Shown: positions 19,337-30,089, numbered from the stretch's first letter. The stretch is 64,000 bases of DNA from Nitrospirota bacterium (GCA_963701855.1 CAVPBK010000015.1:13885-77884); one strand, 5' to 3'. Made by a program: numbers and translations. The notes: generated from the letters alone by a model not told the origin.

Positions 19337-19573
19337 ATGAGAAAGGCTACAGTTGCACCAGCACGATTGGTCATCTGTGTGGAGAACAAGGGCTACGCAG
19401 TGTCTCTGGAAAAGAAAAAGATCTATGTCGCGCTGGCTGATCGTCAAGCCGCGAAGCATGGCCACATGCGAGTCATTGACGAGTCCGGCGAAGACTATCT
19501 GTATCCGAAACAGTTCTTCCTACCAGTCACTTTGCCTCAGTCCATCAGAAAGGCAGTCCTGAAAGCGGCTTAA
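19337..19573 (+). CDS. Small conserved protein, putative antitoxin/immunity partner
   Basis: ICVENKGYAVSLEKKKIY and RVIDESGEDYLYP motifs; starts 10 bp after the upstream frame. Confidence 0.65.
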   Translation: MRKATVAPARLVICVENKGYAVSLEKKKIYVALADRQAAKHGHMRVIDESGEDYLYPKQFFLPVTLPQSIRKAVLKAA

Positions 19574-19756
19574 AGGAAGCCCTCATCTGCCCGATTCCGA
19601 CCTCTACAGGCACCATATCTCCGCCGACAGCCTCATTACCTGCGATCACTCTCTGACCATTGAATCAGCACGATTGAGAAGTTATGCTGGTTTTCTCATC
19701 GCTTTACCCGCGCGAAGCGATGGCAATTCTGTCTAAGGCGCAACCGGAGGCATTGG

Positions 19757-20284
19757 ATGAAACCGGGAGAGAATGAAAAAGCCGGGCCTATCACGGATTT
19801 CCTTGTGAAAGACCACGGGAGGCTTGAAGGGCTGCTGCAATCGGCTGTGGCTCATGCCGACCATGTGGATCAGGGAGCGTATTCTCAGTTTCGGGCCGGG
19901 CTTCTCCGCCACATCGGCATGGAAGAAAAGATTCTCATACCCGCCGCCCAGCGACTGCGAGGCGGAGAGCCGCTTTTCATTGCCTCGAAGCTCCGGCTCG
20001 ATCATGGAGCACTCGGCACGTTGCTCATACCGACTCCCACGACCGCCGTCATTGCGAGTATCCGCGGCATTCTCAAGGAGCACAATGTTTTGGAGGAAGG
20101 CCCGGGGGGCTTGTATGAAACCTGCGACGAACTAGCCGGAGCAGAAGCTGCGCAGCTTCTGGCCAAACTGAAGGCTGCACCGGAGGTGGTTGTGCTGCCG
20201 CATTCCGATACTCCTACAGTGATGAGTACCGTACGTCGGGCGATGGAGCGAGCTGGTTATACCTTCCGCGAAGATGAAACTTGA
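19757..20284 (+). CDS. Hemerythrin/HHE domain protein
   Basis: DHGRLE, LRHIGMEEKIL, DHG, HNVLEE metal ligands. Confidence 0.82.
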   Translation: MKPGENEKAGPITDFLVKDHGRLEGLLQSAVAHADHVDQGAYSQFRAGLLRHIGMEEKILIPAAQRLRGGEPLFIASKLRLDHGALGTLLIPTPTTAVIASIRGILKEHNVLEEGPGGLYETCDELAGAEAAQLLAKLKAAPEVVVLPHSDTPTVMSTVRRAMERAGYTFREDET

Positions 20285-20372
20285 GAAATTGTACGGTCGG
20301 TTTTCGAGTCTTGTAATCCAATAATGCGAAGTTCGTCCGCACGCAGCATTGTTGTAATTCTTGAGTAGCGCC

Positions 20373-20630
20373 ATGGCCTATCTTCGATATTCACGAGACT
20401 GTGATTGGCATGTTTTCGATGAGGGCCGGACAGGTGAGTCTGAGAGCCGTCTTGCCGTGTGGCACAAGGACCATGAGGCTCAAGGTGCGTCGTATACTGT
20501 GAGCATGATTCAGAAGATGCTGGAATTGGAAGACTACTCCGGTATCCCCGGGTACCAGCCGCACCATAAACGCATGATCCGTGAAGCCTTCGAATCCTGG
20601 CTGCTCGAGCAATCAAGTGCAGAGATCTAG
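20373..20630 (+). CDS. Hypothetical protein
   Basis: Plausible globular 85-aa ORF (MAYLRYSRDCDWHVF...). Confidence 0.55.
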   Translation: MAYLRYSRDCDWHVFDEGRTGESESRLAVWHKDHEAQGASYTVSMIQKMLELEDYSGIPGYQPHHKRMIREAFESWLLEQSSAEI

Positions 20631-20698
20631 CGCCGGTTTCGTCTCATAACCTCGTCCGCGCGCGGGATGTGTTGATGAGCCGTCTTATCGGTGTGGCG

Positions 20699-21025
20699 TT
20701 AGCTGTGGCCGGCTGTGGTTTTGAGCCGCTGCAGGATATGGTCCAATCGTTCCTGATGGGGTGAGGCGAGGGACTGAAACTCAATGCCGATCCCCTGTGC
20801 TCCGGACCAGCGCACAACGGCGCCTTGAATGAGGATCGGGGTCTTGTCTTCGGGGATATAGAGCAGGAGATCCACCTTCATTCCCGCGAAGGCTCGAAAG
20901 GGACTTTCGAGCCGACATCCTTTGCGCGAGAGATCCAGCGCCTTGTCGATCTGATGAAGGCGGTGTTGGTGAATGAGGGTGCCGGAAAAAGTTGCCTGGA
21001 ATCTGGGATATTGTCGCACCACCAT
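20699..21025 (-). CDS. PilZ domain protein
   Basis: RQYPR (RxxxR) and DLSRKG (D/NxSxxG), GIGIEF. Confidence 0.85.
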   Translation of the reverse strand: MVVRQYPRFQATFSGTLIHQHRLHQIDKALDLSRKGCRLESPFRAFAGMKVDLLLYIPEDKTPILIQGAVVRWSGAQGIGIEFQSLASPHQERLDHILQRLKTTAGHS

Positions 21026-21458
21026 AACGAGGTTCTTTTCTGCGGCCTTGCCGCGGGATGGCCGTACGAATTCTCATTGGTGAGAGTATGCAGGTGCGGT
21101 GCCTAGTTGGAAGCCATGGCGATCGTCTTTTCCCTCATACATATGCATGTTTGAAAGTCATTGACTCAGACAGCCCTGTTCGCTCATGAGCAGAGGTGAA
21201 GGCAAACGGAAACGTCATGTTGACGTTGTGCGCGTGATTACGGACGAGAAGCAGAGGGCAGCGCTGATCCAAAGCAATCCGCGGTCGGACATCGCGCTGC
21301 TCCAGGCTGGAGATCTCTGTTTGAGCATGAAAAGTGTCAGTCCCTATCGAGCACTTGTTGTGGAGAAATCCATCTCACATCGACCGCGGACCTAACCCAT
21401 TATCCTTCCTCCTCCCTTCCTCACTGTTCTGATCTTCCAAACCCCTTCCCCCCGGCAC

Positions 21459-21474
21459 GTAGGAATTGTCTTAC
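21459..21474 (+). promoter_or_regulatory. Candidate response-regulator operator
   Basis: GTAGGAATTGTCTTAC matches the reverse complement of 27280-27295 at 14/16. Confidence 0.4.
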
Positions 21475-21621
21475 GGAAAGACGGCTGAATATCTGACATT
21501 AAGGCTGGACGCCATCTGATCGTGCGCCATGCTGATGTCGTGTGGAATGCCGCTATATATCTGAAGAAACAGGCAATCCTGCCTACGTGAGCATAGGTCT
21601 ACATGAAAGGGAGGGAGCATC

Positions 21622-21876
21622 ATGAAGTTGGAGAAAGCACAAGAAACAGGAGAGAGGAAGCCACGCACGGTGATGTCCAATCAGACCGGTGTAACTAGGC
21701 CGATCAGCAAGACTGCGAAGCACGCGCAACCATCGTTCGACGATATGCATGCGCACATCGCCACACGGGCCTATGATTTGTACATCCAGCGGGGTTGCCG
21801 AGAAGGCTGTGCCGTGGATGATTGGCTGGATGCCGAACGGGAAATCGTGGGCCGTGAATTTCCAGTCTCGCCCTAA
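21622..21876 (+). CDS. DUF2934 domain protein
   Basis: IATRAYDLYIQRGCREGCAVDDWLDAEREI. Confidence 0.85.
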   Translation: MKLEKAQETGERKPRTVMSNQTGVTRPISKTAKHAQPSFDDMHAHIATRAYDLYIQRGCREGCAVDDWLDAEREIVGREFPVSP

Positions 21877-22252
21877 TCAGGGAAAGGAGACTCACTGTGA
21901 TCCCTACATAGACGGTGTGTTCGCGGTGATCGCCTATCCGGCACACTAAGGCGTCTCAGGCACTATGGGTTTCTGGTCGATCCAGACAGAGTGGGCCACG
22001 AACAGAATGTGGGCTTGAACACTACGGCGGTCGTCTTCACGATAACCACCTTCAATTCCGGCGAGAGCTGGATACAGGCACCCCTTCTCACCAACGCTTG
22101 TTCACAGTGAGCTCAAGGCTCTTTGTGGATTGATCGAGCAACATTGCTCTTCTAAAGTGCGAGCGACGACGGAGCGTGGCTGGCGGGTCCAACGTCTCCG
22201 ACTCCCTCCGCGATTGTCATGGAATACACGGCGAACTATCAGAAAGGGATAT

Positions 22253-23413
22253 ATGACAGGTTGCCACGTTCACAGAGGGTATCTTTTCCCCTGGTTAGTT
22301 GTCTGTCTGGTGCTGGCCGTTTGGGTGGGGAGTCCCCGGCTTCTCGCGGCTGCTTTGGTCACGCAGGAAGAAATGAATAGCGTGCGGGTCTACAAGCAGA
22401 TGGCAAAATCCACCGTTCTGATCGCCTCAGCCTATGTCAGCGCCCATCACGTCGCCCAGGCATCGGGGAAAGGGTTGGCATCGGGTGTCTTGATCGACGA
22501 GCATGGCTCGATCGTAACCAATGCACACGTTGTGGCAGGGGCGGCCAACATCACGGTGACATTGCACGATGGAACTCGTCTTCCGGCAGAGCTGATCGGA
22601 AGCGATCCGCAATCGGATGTTGCGCTGCTCCACGTGACACTTCCGAAGGGGCCGTATACCCCTGCTCATCTGGGTGATTCAGACAAGCTGGAAATAGGCC
22701 AGAAAGTCCTGGCGATTGGGCATCCTTTTGGATTGGGCTATGCATTTTCGACCGGCATTGTGAGCGGATTCGGCAAACTATTTGAGACCAAGCAAGAAGT
22801 ATTTCAAGAGCGTGTCATACAGACCACGACGCCGATCAACCCCGGCAATAGCGGCGGGCCGCTGGTCGATTCCGAGGATCGTGTGATCGGAATCAACGCG
22901 TCCATTTTGGCCGGCGCTCAGAATATCGGATTCGCCATCCCGATCAATACGGTCAAATCCATCGTCGCGGAACTACGCAAGAATGGCCGTGTGATTCGTC
23001 CCTGGCTCGGCATCAAAGGTAAACTTGTGACCGATGAATTGCAAAACTTAATTGCGCTTCCGCTACCCAGCGGCTTACTCATCATCGATGTGGACGATGG
23101 GAGTCCGGCTGAGGCGCTCGGGCTCCATGCCGGCAAACTGGATGTCATTATCGAGGGAGAGCCGTGGGTCTTGGGCGGCGATATTATCGTCGCAGTCAAT
23201 GGGCAAGATGTGAAGACCGGCGAGGACTATGGCAAGATGTTCCAGCAGCTGAAAGCCCAACAGCTCATTGAGATCACGGTGTCCCGAGACGGCGTAAAGC
23301 GCACGATGAGCGTCACGCTGGGGGAGCGCCCGACGCCGTCCGGCTCCCTAGAACATCCCAAGTTCGAGGTGCCTCCTGTCGTCCCACAGGGGCTGAACTT
23401 TGTGCCGTTTTGA
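22253..23413 (+). CDS. HtrA/DegQ-like serine protease with PDZ domain
   Basis: TNAHVV, SDVALL, INPGNSGGPL triad; C-terminal PDZ. Confidence 0.92.
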   Translation: MTGCHVHRGYLFPWLVVCLVLAVWVGSPRLLAAALVTQEEMNSVRVYKQMAKSTVLIASAYVSAHHVAQASGKGLASGVLIDEHGSIVTNAHVVAGAANITVTLHDGTRLPAELIGSDPQSDVALLHVTLPKGPYTPAHLGDSDKLEIGQKVLAIGHPFGLGYAFSTGIVSGFGKLFETKQEVFQERVIQTTTPINPGNSGGPLVDSEDRVIGINASILAGAQNIGFAIPINTVKSIVAELRKNGRVIRPWLGIKGKLVTDELQNLIALPLPSGLLIIDVDDGSPAEALGLHAGKLDVIIEGEPWVLGGDIIVAVNGQDVKTGEDYGKMFQQLKAQQLIEITVSRDGVKRTMSVTLGERPTPSGSLEHPKFEVPPVVPQGLNFVPF

Positions 23414-23552
23414 TGTAGTTCGAGGGACACAAGAGCGGTGCGCGATCAAGATCAAGATACCGAAGACCAGGAGCTTTTCACGGGAGATCGGTCACAGTGC
23501 GTAACGCATGATCGGAGTAGGGGCAACTCCTAGTTTACCCGCAGAAGAAATC

Positions 23553-24045
23553 ATGAGCCCTGTGGGAATCGGTTCAATCGTGTTTGTGTGTATCTTCGGC
23601 AGCGCGATGCTCGGACGTTATCTTCGCACCGTGCTGCCAGACCATCACCTGACCGATGATCCAATGCGTGTCGTTACGCTGAGTACCGGCCTGATCGCGA
23701 CGTTGGTTGTGATGGTGCTGGGCTTGCTGATCTCTTCTGCAAAGACCTTCTTCGAAAGTATCAACGAGGAGGCCACGCAGAACGCCTCCAAGGTCGTCCT
23801 CCCAGACCGTGCCCTAGTTAATTACGGGCCGGAGGCGAAGGAAACCCGCGAACGGCTCCATCATATTCGTTGGGCCCGGTGTACACGGGCCCAACAACTC
23901 AATCGTCTTGGCGACTTTGTTCGCCTCCGCGCTGTCGGTCTCCGGCGCGGTCTTTCTGATCGAAGCGTTGGATCATCCGCTCGATGGGTTGATGCAGGTC
24001 TCCAGTGCTCCGTTGCGCAACGCGCTCGCCCAGCTTAGGCAGTAG
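23553..24045 (+). pseudogene. DUF4239-like membrane protein with internal deletion and frameshift
   Basis: N-half LPDHHL...GLIATLVVMVLGLLISSAK...DRALVNYGPEA; C-terminal SALSVSGAVFLIEALDHPLDGLMQVSSAPLRNAL in another frame; middle missing. Confidence 0.65.
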
Positions 24046-24454
24046 ATGCTTATTCGCCAGGCTCTACGTACAACGGCTGAATCGCGACGCAATTGCGCGT
24101 AGATCTCGAAGAGAGCGACCCAATTGGGATAATTTCTCGGTCGGGTATTGAGGCGACGGGCGGGTGTTGGCTGCTGCATGACCAGGTTGAGCAGGAGCCA
24201 GGATTATCTGGACCGCGCTAGTGTGTGTAGATCACAATATGTCCAGGGCTGGTGAGAATGCGGCGTATTTCCATGGCGGTTGTCGCCACTCTTCCCACAT
24301 TCTACTAAGGAAACGCATCGATGCTTGAACGGATGATCATCGGTTCGCATACGCAGCGGCTCTTGGTCTGCTTCGCTTGGCTCGTGCTGATGTGCAGCGA
24401 GTTCTACACGTTTCGCTACATTGTATGCCGGTCACCCTGGCAACTGGGTTCAGC

Positions 24455-26551
24455 ATGAACATGTCGCTAGAGAAGAAGATTGTGGTGGGCCTCGTGTTCG
24501 TAATCATCCTGCTGTCTGGAGTCGGGATCGTCTCTTATTGGAACACGACCGACCTCATAGATCGTGAAGTCCGGGTCTCCCAAACCCATCAGGTGCGGGA
24601 AGTAATCGAGCACCTGTTTTCTCTGATGGAGGACTTAGAATCCACGCAACGGATCGATCTTCTCACCGGTGAGAACCAGTACCTGCAATATTATCGTGAG
24701 ATGAGCCAAAGCGTGGAAGCCGTGCTGCACAATCTTGAAGTCTTGACGAAGGATGACCAGGCCCAGCAACAACACCTTCTTGCATTGCGTCCGCTGATTG
24801 ATTTGAGATTGACACAACTCAAAACATCGATCGACTTAAGGGATGTGGGAAGGGTTGACCTGAATGAGTTGAAAGTCGTTCTGCATGCCGGCAAAGAGAC
24901 CATGGACAAGACCAAAGTGGTGCTCGATGCGATGCGAGACCATGAGCAGCTTCTGCTGACCAACTGGTCGAAGCAAGCAGACAGGGCGGCCTCGTTCACG
25001 CTGTCGTTCGTTGTAGGCGGAACGTTCTTGACCATCGTGCTTGCTATCGGGGGAGGAAGGCGGATCTTATACGACCTGTCGAAGCGCAGGCAGGCCGAGA
25101 GAGATGTGCTTGCCGGCCGTGCCCGAGAAGCATTGATTTTGCGTACCGTGCCCGCTGTGATGTATTCTGCAAAGCCATCTGGGGATTACGGTGCATTGTG
25201 GGTGAGTGACAATATTGAGGCGTTGACCGGTTATTTTCCACGTTCATTTTTGGATGACTCATCCCTCTGGGCCTCGAGACTGCACCCCCTCGACCAGGAG
25301 AGAGTCTTCATGGAATTTGAGAAGATATCTGTTGGTGGCGCACTAGCGACGGAATATCGCTGGCAGGTGCACAGCGGCGAGTACCGCTGGTTTCGAGATG
25401 AGGCGGTATTGATTCGGCGATCGGACGAAACCCCACAGGAAATCGTCGGTCTCTGGACCGACGTCACCGCACGAAGACAAGCGAGTGAGGTGATACGAAG
25501 ACAGGCCGACATTATCAATCAGATCCAGGAAACCGTTATCTCCATCGATCTGGACGGCCATGTGCTGAGCTGGAATAGAGGGGCGGAAAAGATGTTGGGA
25601 TATTCGGTGGAAGAGGCGCTTGGCAAGCATATCTCATTCATCTACCCGGAGGAAGACCGAGAGTTCCTAGAGCGTGAGGTCATCGGCCCTGTGAAGGTTA
25701 AGGGAACCCACCAGGTCGAGGTTCGCAGGAGAACCAAGTCCGGGGTGCTGCGTTTTGCCCAGCTTTCACTCACGTTGCTGAAGGATGACACAAATTCTCC
25801 AACCGGCATCATCGGGTATTCGATGGACATCACCGATCGGAAGCGCGGGCAAGAGGCGCTGCTCAATTCTCGCAACCAACTCGCTGCGCTCGCCGTTCGC
25901 CTCGAATCGGTGCGAGAAGAAGAGCGAACAAGAATCGCGCTGGAGGTTCATGATGTGTTGGGACAGGCGTTGACGGGATTGAAGCTGGATGTGGCATGGG
26001 TCCACAAACGGATCACAGAATCGATCGAGCCAGCCCGGCCTGCCGCTGTGCTTGCAAGACTGGCTTCGGCGCTTGAACTCCTTGACTCGACCATTCAATC
26101 GGTGCGTGATGTCGCGACGACCTTGAGGCCTGGCGTCTTGGACGAACTCGGCTTGGAGGCTGCGGTCGAATGGCAGGTGCGAGAGTTTCAGCATCGAACT
26201 GGGATTGCATGTGAAACAACCATCTGGCCTCATAACATGGCATTCGGGCCTGAGCAATCAACCGCGCTGTTCCGTATCCTCCAAGAGGTCTTGACCAACG
26301 TGGTGCGGCATGCGCAAGCCACCAAGGTCCACATCAGGTTGGAGCAGTCTGGTGAGCAGGTGTCCTTGCAAGTTCAAGATGACGGCAGGGGTATTAGTGG
26401 CGTGGAGCAGTCCGGGCCGAAAGCGTTCGGTCTGCTGGGGATGCGCCTGCGGGCCCAGCAGCAGGGCGGTTCGTTCGACATTCAGGGCACGCCGGGAATG
26501 GGAACGATGGTCACCGTCAGTATCCCGCTGTATCGGGTAACAGATGATTAA
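24455..26551 (+). CDS. Sensor histidine kinase (CHASE3, two PAS, HisKA_3, HATPase)
   Basis: Two TM segments around a CHASE3-like domain; PAS motifs; EERTRIALEVHDVLGQ; QEVLTNVVRHA; DDGRG. Confidence 0.92.
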   Translation: MNMSLEKKIVVGLVFVIILLSGVGIVSYWNTTDLIDREVRVSQTHQVREVIEHLFSLMEDLESTQRIDLLTGENQYLQYYREMSQSVEAVLHNLEVLTKDDQAQQQHLLALRPLIDLRLTQLKTSIDLRDVGRVDLNELKVVLHAGKETMDKTKVVLDAMRDHEQLLLTNWSKQADRAASFTLSFVVGGTFLTIVLAIGGGRRILYDLSKRRQAERDVLAGRAREALILRTVPAVMYSAKPSGDYGALWVSDNIEALTGYFPRSFLDDSSLWASRLHPLDQERVFMEFEKISVGGALATEYRWQVHSGEYRWFRDEAVLIRRSDETPQEIVGLWTDVTARRQASEVIRRQADIINQIQETVISIDLDGHVLSWNRGAEKMLGYSVEEALGKHISFIYPEEDREFLEREVIGPVKVKGTHQVEVRRRTKSGVLRFAQLSLTLLKDDTNSPTGIIGYSMDITDRKRGQEALLNSRNQLAALAVRLESVREEERTRIALEVHDVLGQALTGLKLDVAWVHKRITESIEPARPAAVLARLASALELLDSTIQSVRDVATTLRPGVLDELGLEAAVEWQVREFQHRTGIACETTIWPHNMAFGPEQSTALFRILQEVLTNVVRHAQATKVHIRLEQSGEQVSLQVQDDGRGISGVEQSGPKAFGLLGMRLRAQQQGGSFDIQGTPGMGTMVTVSIPLYRVTDD

Positions 26552-27182
26552 CATTATCCTTGCAGACGATCATCCGTACCTGCGCCGCGGTCTCGTCCAG
26601 ATTCTCATCGATGAATTCCCTGGAGCCGTGGTCGGTGAAGCATCGAATGTCCCAGAGCTGCTGGAGCTAGCGCAAAAACAGCGGTGGGACGTGGTCGTGC
26701 TGGATCTGACGATGCCGGGACGCGGCGGGCTGGAGGGGTTGCACGAACTAAAACGGCTCTGCCCGAGCCTTCCCGTGCTGGTGCTGAGTATGCATCCTGA
26801 GGATCAGTTTGCCGTGCGGGTGTTACGCGCAGGGGGCGCTGGATACCTGACGAAGGAAAGCGCTCCGCAGGAATTAGTTCATGCCATTAAGACAATCTGG
26901 AAGGGGGGGAAATACATCACGCCCAACACGGCTGAACTCCTTGCGGCACACCTTCAGCAACACGGTGACAGCGAGCAGCCGCTTCACAATTCCCTATCCG
27001 ATCGTGAGCACCAGGTGTTCAGTTTGATCGCCGCCGGACACACGATTACGGACATTTCCGATCAACTCTCCCTCAGCGTCAAAACCATCAGTACCTACCG
27101 TTCCCGCATCCTGGTGAAGTTGAATGTCAAAACGAATGCGGACTTGGCGCGTTATGCTGTTCAACATCGTATCGTAGAGTGA
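26544..27182 (+). CDS. NarL/LuxR family response regulator
   Basis: ADDH, LDLTMPG, LSDREHQV, LSVKTISTYRSRI; overlaps the kinase stop. Confidence 0.93.
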   Translation: MINIILADDHPYLRRGLVQILIDEFPGAVVGEASNVPELLELAQKQRWDVVVLDLTMPGRGGLEGLHELKRLCPSLPVLVLSMHPEDQFAVRVLRAGGAGYLTKESAPQELVHAIKTIWKGGKYITPNTAELLAAHLQQHGDSEQPLHNSLSDREHQVFSLIAAGHTITDISDQLSLSVKTISTYRSRILVKLNVKTNADLARYAVQHRIVE

Positions 27183-27279
27183 TTACAACAATATTATATC
27201 CATCCTGGGCTCTCTAAAGTAGTTCACTGCCAGCGGACATCTACGCTAGGTTTTCCCTTTCTTGCTCTATCGTTTCTCT

Positions 27280-27295
27280 GTCAGACGATTCCTAC
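27280..27295 (-). promoter_or_regulatory. Candidate response-regulator operator (second copy)
   Basis: Reverse complement GTAGGAATCGTCTGAC; compare 21459-21474. Confidence 0.4.
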
Positions 27296-27484
27296 AGACG
27301 GCATCGGCCAATTACCACAGGCATGAGCGACTTACTCTTATCCCTCCCAATGAGGGGATGGTGTGTACTTCAGTTCACAGGCCATTGGGGAGAATGATCT
27401 CTGACTCATTGTAACGGGCCAGGCAATGTACGCATACGTCACTCATGGGGCAGGGAGCCGACTGGGGAGAAAAGGGGGCTGGAG

Positions 27485-27697
27485 ATGAGTTGTCAGCGCT
27501 GCGGGGGTGTGGTGGCTGCCGAACTTGCGGCTGCGATGTACAAATTGGTTTGTGAAAGGGGCGTGATCGAGAACCAATACTGCCATTGCGACGAGGACGA
27601 CCGTCCGGTGCAAGCGGATTTGCATCGAGATGGGAGAGGTGCTCTCGCCGAGAAACCGCCTCCTGAAATCACGATGTCGGAAGGGGGAACCCCATGA
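27485..27697 (+). CDS. Small hypothetical protein with MSCxRCGG start
   Basis: Same N-terminal CxxCGG motif as 29511..29891; overlaps the next start. Confidence 0.4.
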   Translation: MSCQRCGGVVAAELAAAMYKLVCERGVIENQYCHCDEDDRPVQADLHRDGRGALAEKPPPEITMSEGGTP

Positions 27698-28119
27698 TTG
27701 GCTATGGAAAACGTGTGCTGGTGGTCGACGATACGGACATGATGCGGCTGTTTCTCGCTGAGGTGCTAGGGCAAGAGGGGTTTGCTGTGGTGCAGGTGTG
27801 TGATGGTGTTCAGGCGTTATGTGAACTGCAACGGCGTCATTTTGATGTGGTGGTTACCGACTATCACATGCCTCGCCTCGATGGGCTCGATTTCCTCCGG
27901 CAATCTCAAATGACCTGGCCTGAGATACCGGTCATTTTTTTCTCGGAGATAGAGTGGGATAAGAACGACCTGGCGGAGGCCGGAGGAGCCTTTGCCTGGG
28001 TTCGTAAGTCATCTGATGCCGGTGTTCTTGTGAGTATGCTGGGCCTGGCTGTGGCGCAGGGCGTGGAGCAGGGTATGGAGTGGGGATCGCAGCACGTAAT
28101 GGAGCGAGTTGGCGCATAG
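27694..28119 (+). CDS. Single-domain response regulator (receiver)
   Basis: VLVVDD, TDYHMPRLDG, conserved Lys. Confidence 0.88.
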   Translation: MIGYGKRVLVVDDTDMMRLFLAEVLGQEGFAVVQVCDGVQALCELQRRHFDVVVTDYHMPRLDGLDFLRQSQMTWPEIPVIFFSEIEWDKNDLAEAGGAFAWVRKSSDAGVLVSMLGLAVAQGVEQGMEWGSQHVMERVGA

Positions 28120-28154
28120 GAAAGTCTGTGCATAGGAAAAAGGAGGAAGCGATC

Positions 28155-28415
28155 ATGGGCACAGGAAATGCGGATGCGGACGAGGCCGTTCTGAATATGC
28201 TTCAACGCTATGATGTGCTTATGGTGGAAGACCTCATCATTGGGCGGCCGGATTTCAGCTATTCACAATTGTTTCTCGCCATCGACCGACTGAGCCGAAA
28301 GAACCTGATCGCGCTCCATCGAACGGGCATGAGCTACCAGATCCGTCCGATGAACCAAGAGCGGACCCTCGGCCAGGACCAACAGCATGAGGATCTGGCT
28401 GCTTCTCACCGGTGA
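28155..28415 (+). CDS. Small hypothetical protein (possible winged helix)
   Basis: SD AGGAGG; SYSQLFLAIDRLSRKNLI. Confidence 0.6.
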   Translation: MGTGNADADEAVLNMLQRYDVLMVEDLIIGRPDFSYSQLFLAIDRLSRKNLIALHRTGMSYQIRPMNQERTLGQDQQHEDLAASHR

Positions 28416-28774
28416 CGAGCCTGACATTTGCGAAGTGGTCGTTGGATTCCTGCGAGGCTATAACCCGTGCTAACCACCCCCCTCTTGTGCCTCGTGGTAT
28501 TCTCTGGGCTCGTATTGCTTGGGGTGGGGGTGTGGTTCGTGGTGCAGCAATTGAGGTAAGGATGGGTAAGCCAACGGAGTTAAACATCTGTGGTCTCGGC
28601 TCAAAGATTAATACTCAGTCACCAATGAGCAAGTTATACGAAGAGAGTATCTATGCTTAACCCAAGAGGAAGCTCACGCACTACTGCTACGAGTGGGAAT
28701 GGCGTGGCTATAGATGAAACCTGCAGGAATTTGAGATGTGCCTCTGTTTCAAAAGGTAGAGAGGGAGGGCGATT

Positions 28775-29272
28775 ATGTCGGCCGCTATGCGAATTCTTCT
28801 GGCCGTCGACGAATCCGAGAACTCCCATCGCATTGTCCAGTATGTCGGATCTCTCCTTGGCCGAACACCTGATGTCGTCGTCACCCTCTTTCATGTGCTC
28901 AAGCCCATGCCGCGGGGGTTGCTGGAGCATGGCGGATCGGAGAATCCTGCCGCTGAAGCGCGATTGAGCGAGCAGTTGCGCGATGAGCAGGAAGGCTGGA
29001 TTCGGAAGGAACGGGAATCCGAGTGCCATGTCCTGAAGCAGGCGTGCGAGACACTGGCACAATTTGGGTTCGACTTGGGCCATATTGAGGTGAAGTATGG
29101 CCATGAGGACGATATTGCCAGAAACATTCTCGAAGCGGCGCAAAGCGGGCATCATGGAACCATCGTTGTGGGGCGGCAGGGGACATCCAGGATCAAACAG
29201 ATCTTCGGCGGCGGTGTAACCGATCAATTACTGCGCGATGCTAAGGGCTTTGCGATCTGGGTGGTGGAGTGA
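28775..29272 (+). CDS. Universal stress protein
   Basis: ILLAVDESENS, TIVVGRQG, GGVTDQLL. Confidence 0.9.
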   Translation: MSAAMRILLAVDESENSHRIVQYVGSLLGRTPDVVVTLFHVLKPMPRGLLEHGGSENPAAEARLSEQLRDEQEGWIRKERESECHVLKQACETLAQFGFDLGHIEVKYGHEDDIARNILEAAQSGHHGTIVVGRQGTSRIKQIFGGGVTDQLLRDAKGFAIWVVE

Positions 29273-29333
29273 CACGATCGGTACCTATCGAGCATCCATT
29301 GTGGAGAAGCCTATCTCGAATCGTCCGCACGGC

Positions 29334-29445
29334 GAATGTCTTTGAAGTCCGATGAACTAGGCCTGTGCCGGTTGAGTCATTCGGAAATCTGTATTTGGTT
29401 GGATGCCGACGGATATTCGGCCCCTGTCACTATCTGTCGTTTTAG
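29334..29445 (+). pseudogene. 3' remnant of a paralogue of 41273..41728
   Basis: NVFEVR*TRPVPVESFGNLYLVGCRRIFGPCHYLSF* versus NVFETRWAKPLQVEAFGNLYLVGCQRIFGPLHYLSF*. Confidence 0.75.
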
Positions 29446-29510
29446 TCGAAACGTTCGGGCCACCAGTGCTCGCACAAGAATAGGAGCGACAAACGCAAGG
29501 AGGAAACGAT

Positions 29511-29891
29511 ATGTCGTGTGAACGATGTGGGGGATTGATGGTCATCGAAGCTATTTGTGATCTCATGGAAGAAGAATCCCACAGGGGGATCAATACGAGA
29601 CGGTGTGTGAACTGCGGAAACTTTGAGGACTCGACCATTCGTGCTAACAGAGTTGTTTCCCGTTTGCCGAGACCTATTACGCCACACATAGTGGGAGCCA
29701 GAAGACTGAGCACTACTCAGCCACGCGTGTTGGAGCGAGCCATACAAACTGACAGTGTCATTGCGGAGAGCCCGCGGGTTCGTGCCCCTCGTCTTCCTAT
29801 AGGCACCCCTTCCGCCAAAACACGGAGACTTGAACCTGCATCCATTGAACGACACATCCAGATCGTACAGACCCAAAGGCGGTACGCATGA
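29511..29891 (+). CDS. Zinc-ribbon hypothetical protein
   Basis: CERCGG...RCVNCG; SD AGGAGG. Confidence 0.7.
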   Translation: MSCERCGGLMVIEAICDLMEEESHRGINTRRCVNCGNFEDSTIRANRVVSRLPRPITPHIVGARRLSTTQPRVLERAIQTDSVIAESPRVRAPRLPIGTPSAKTRRLEPASIERHIQIVQTQRRYA

Positions 29892-30089
29892 GTATTGCAC
29901 AGTCGTTTCTACGGAGACGCTCTCGATAATCTGGCCTCGCGACTGACCAGCTGTGCTCGCGTCTCTTACACGTCGCATCATGTGGCTGGATCGGAGGTCG
30001 GGGTATCTTCAGCGTGTTGTACGGGCGTAGTTGTTACGGTAACCATTGGGCATGGTTTTGTGCGTCGGTAACGGGTGTCTGTGGCCGTA

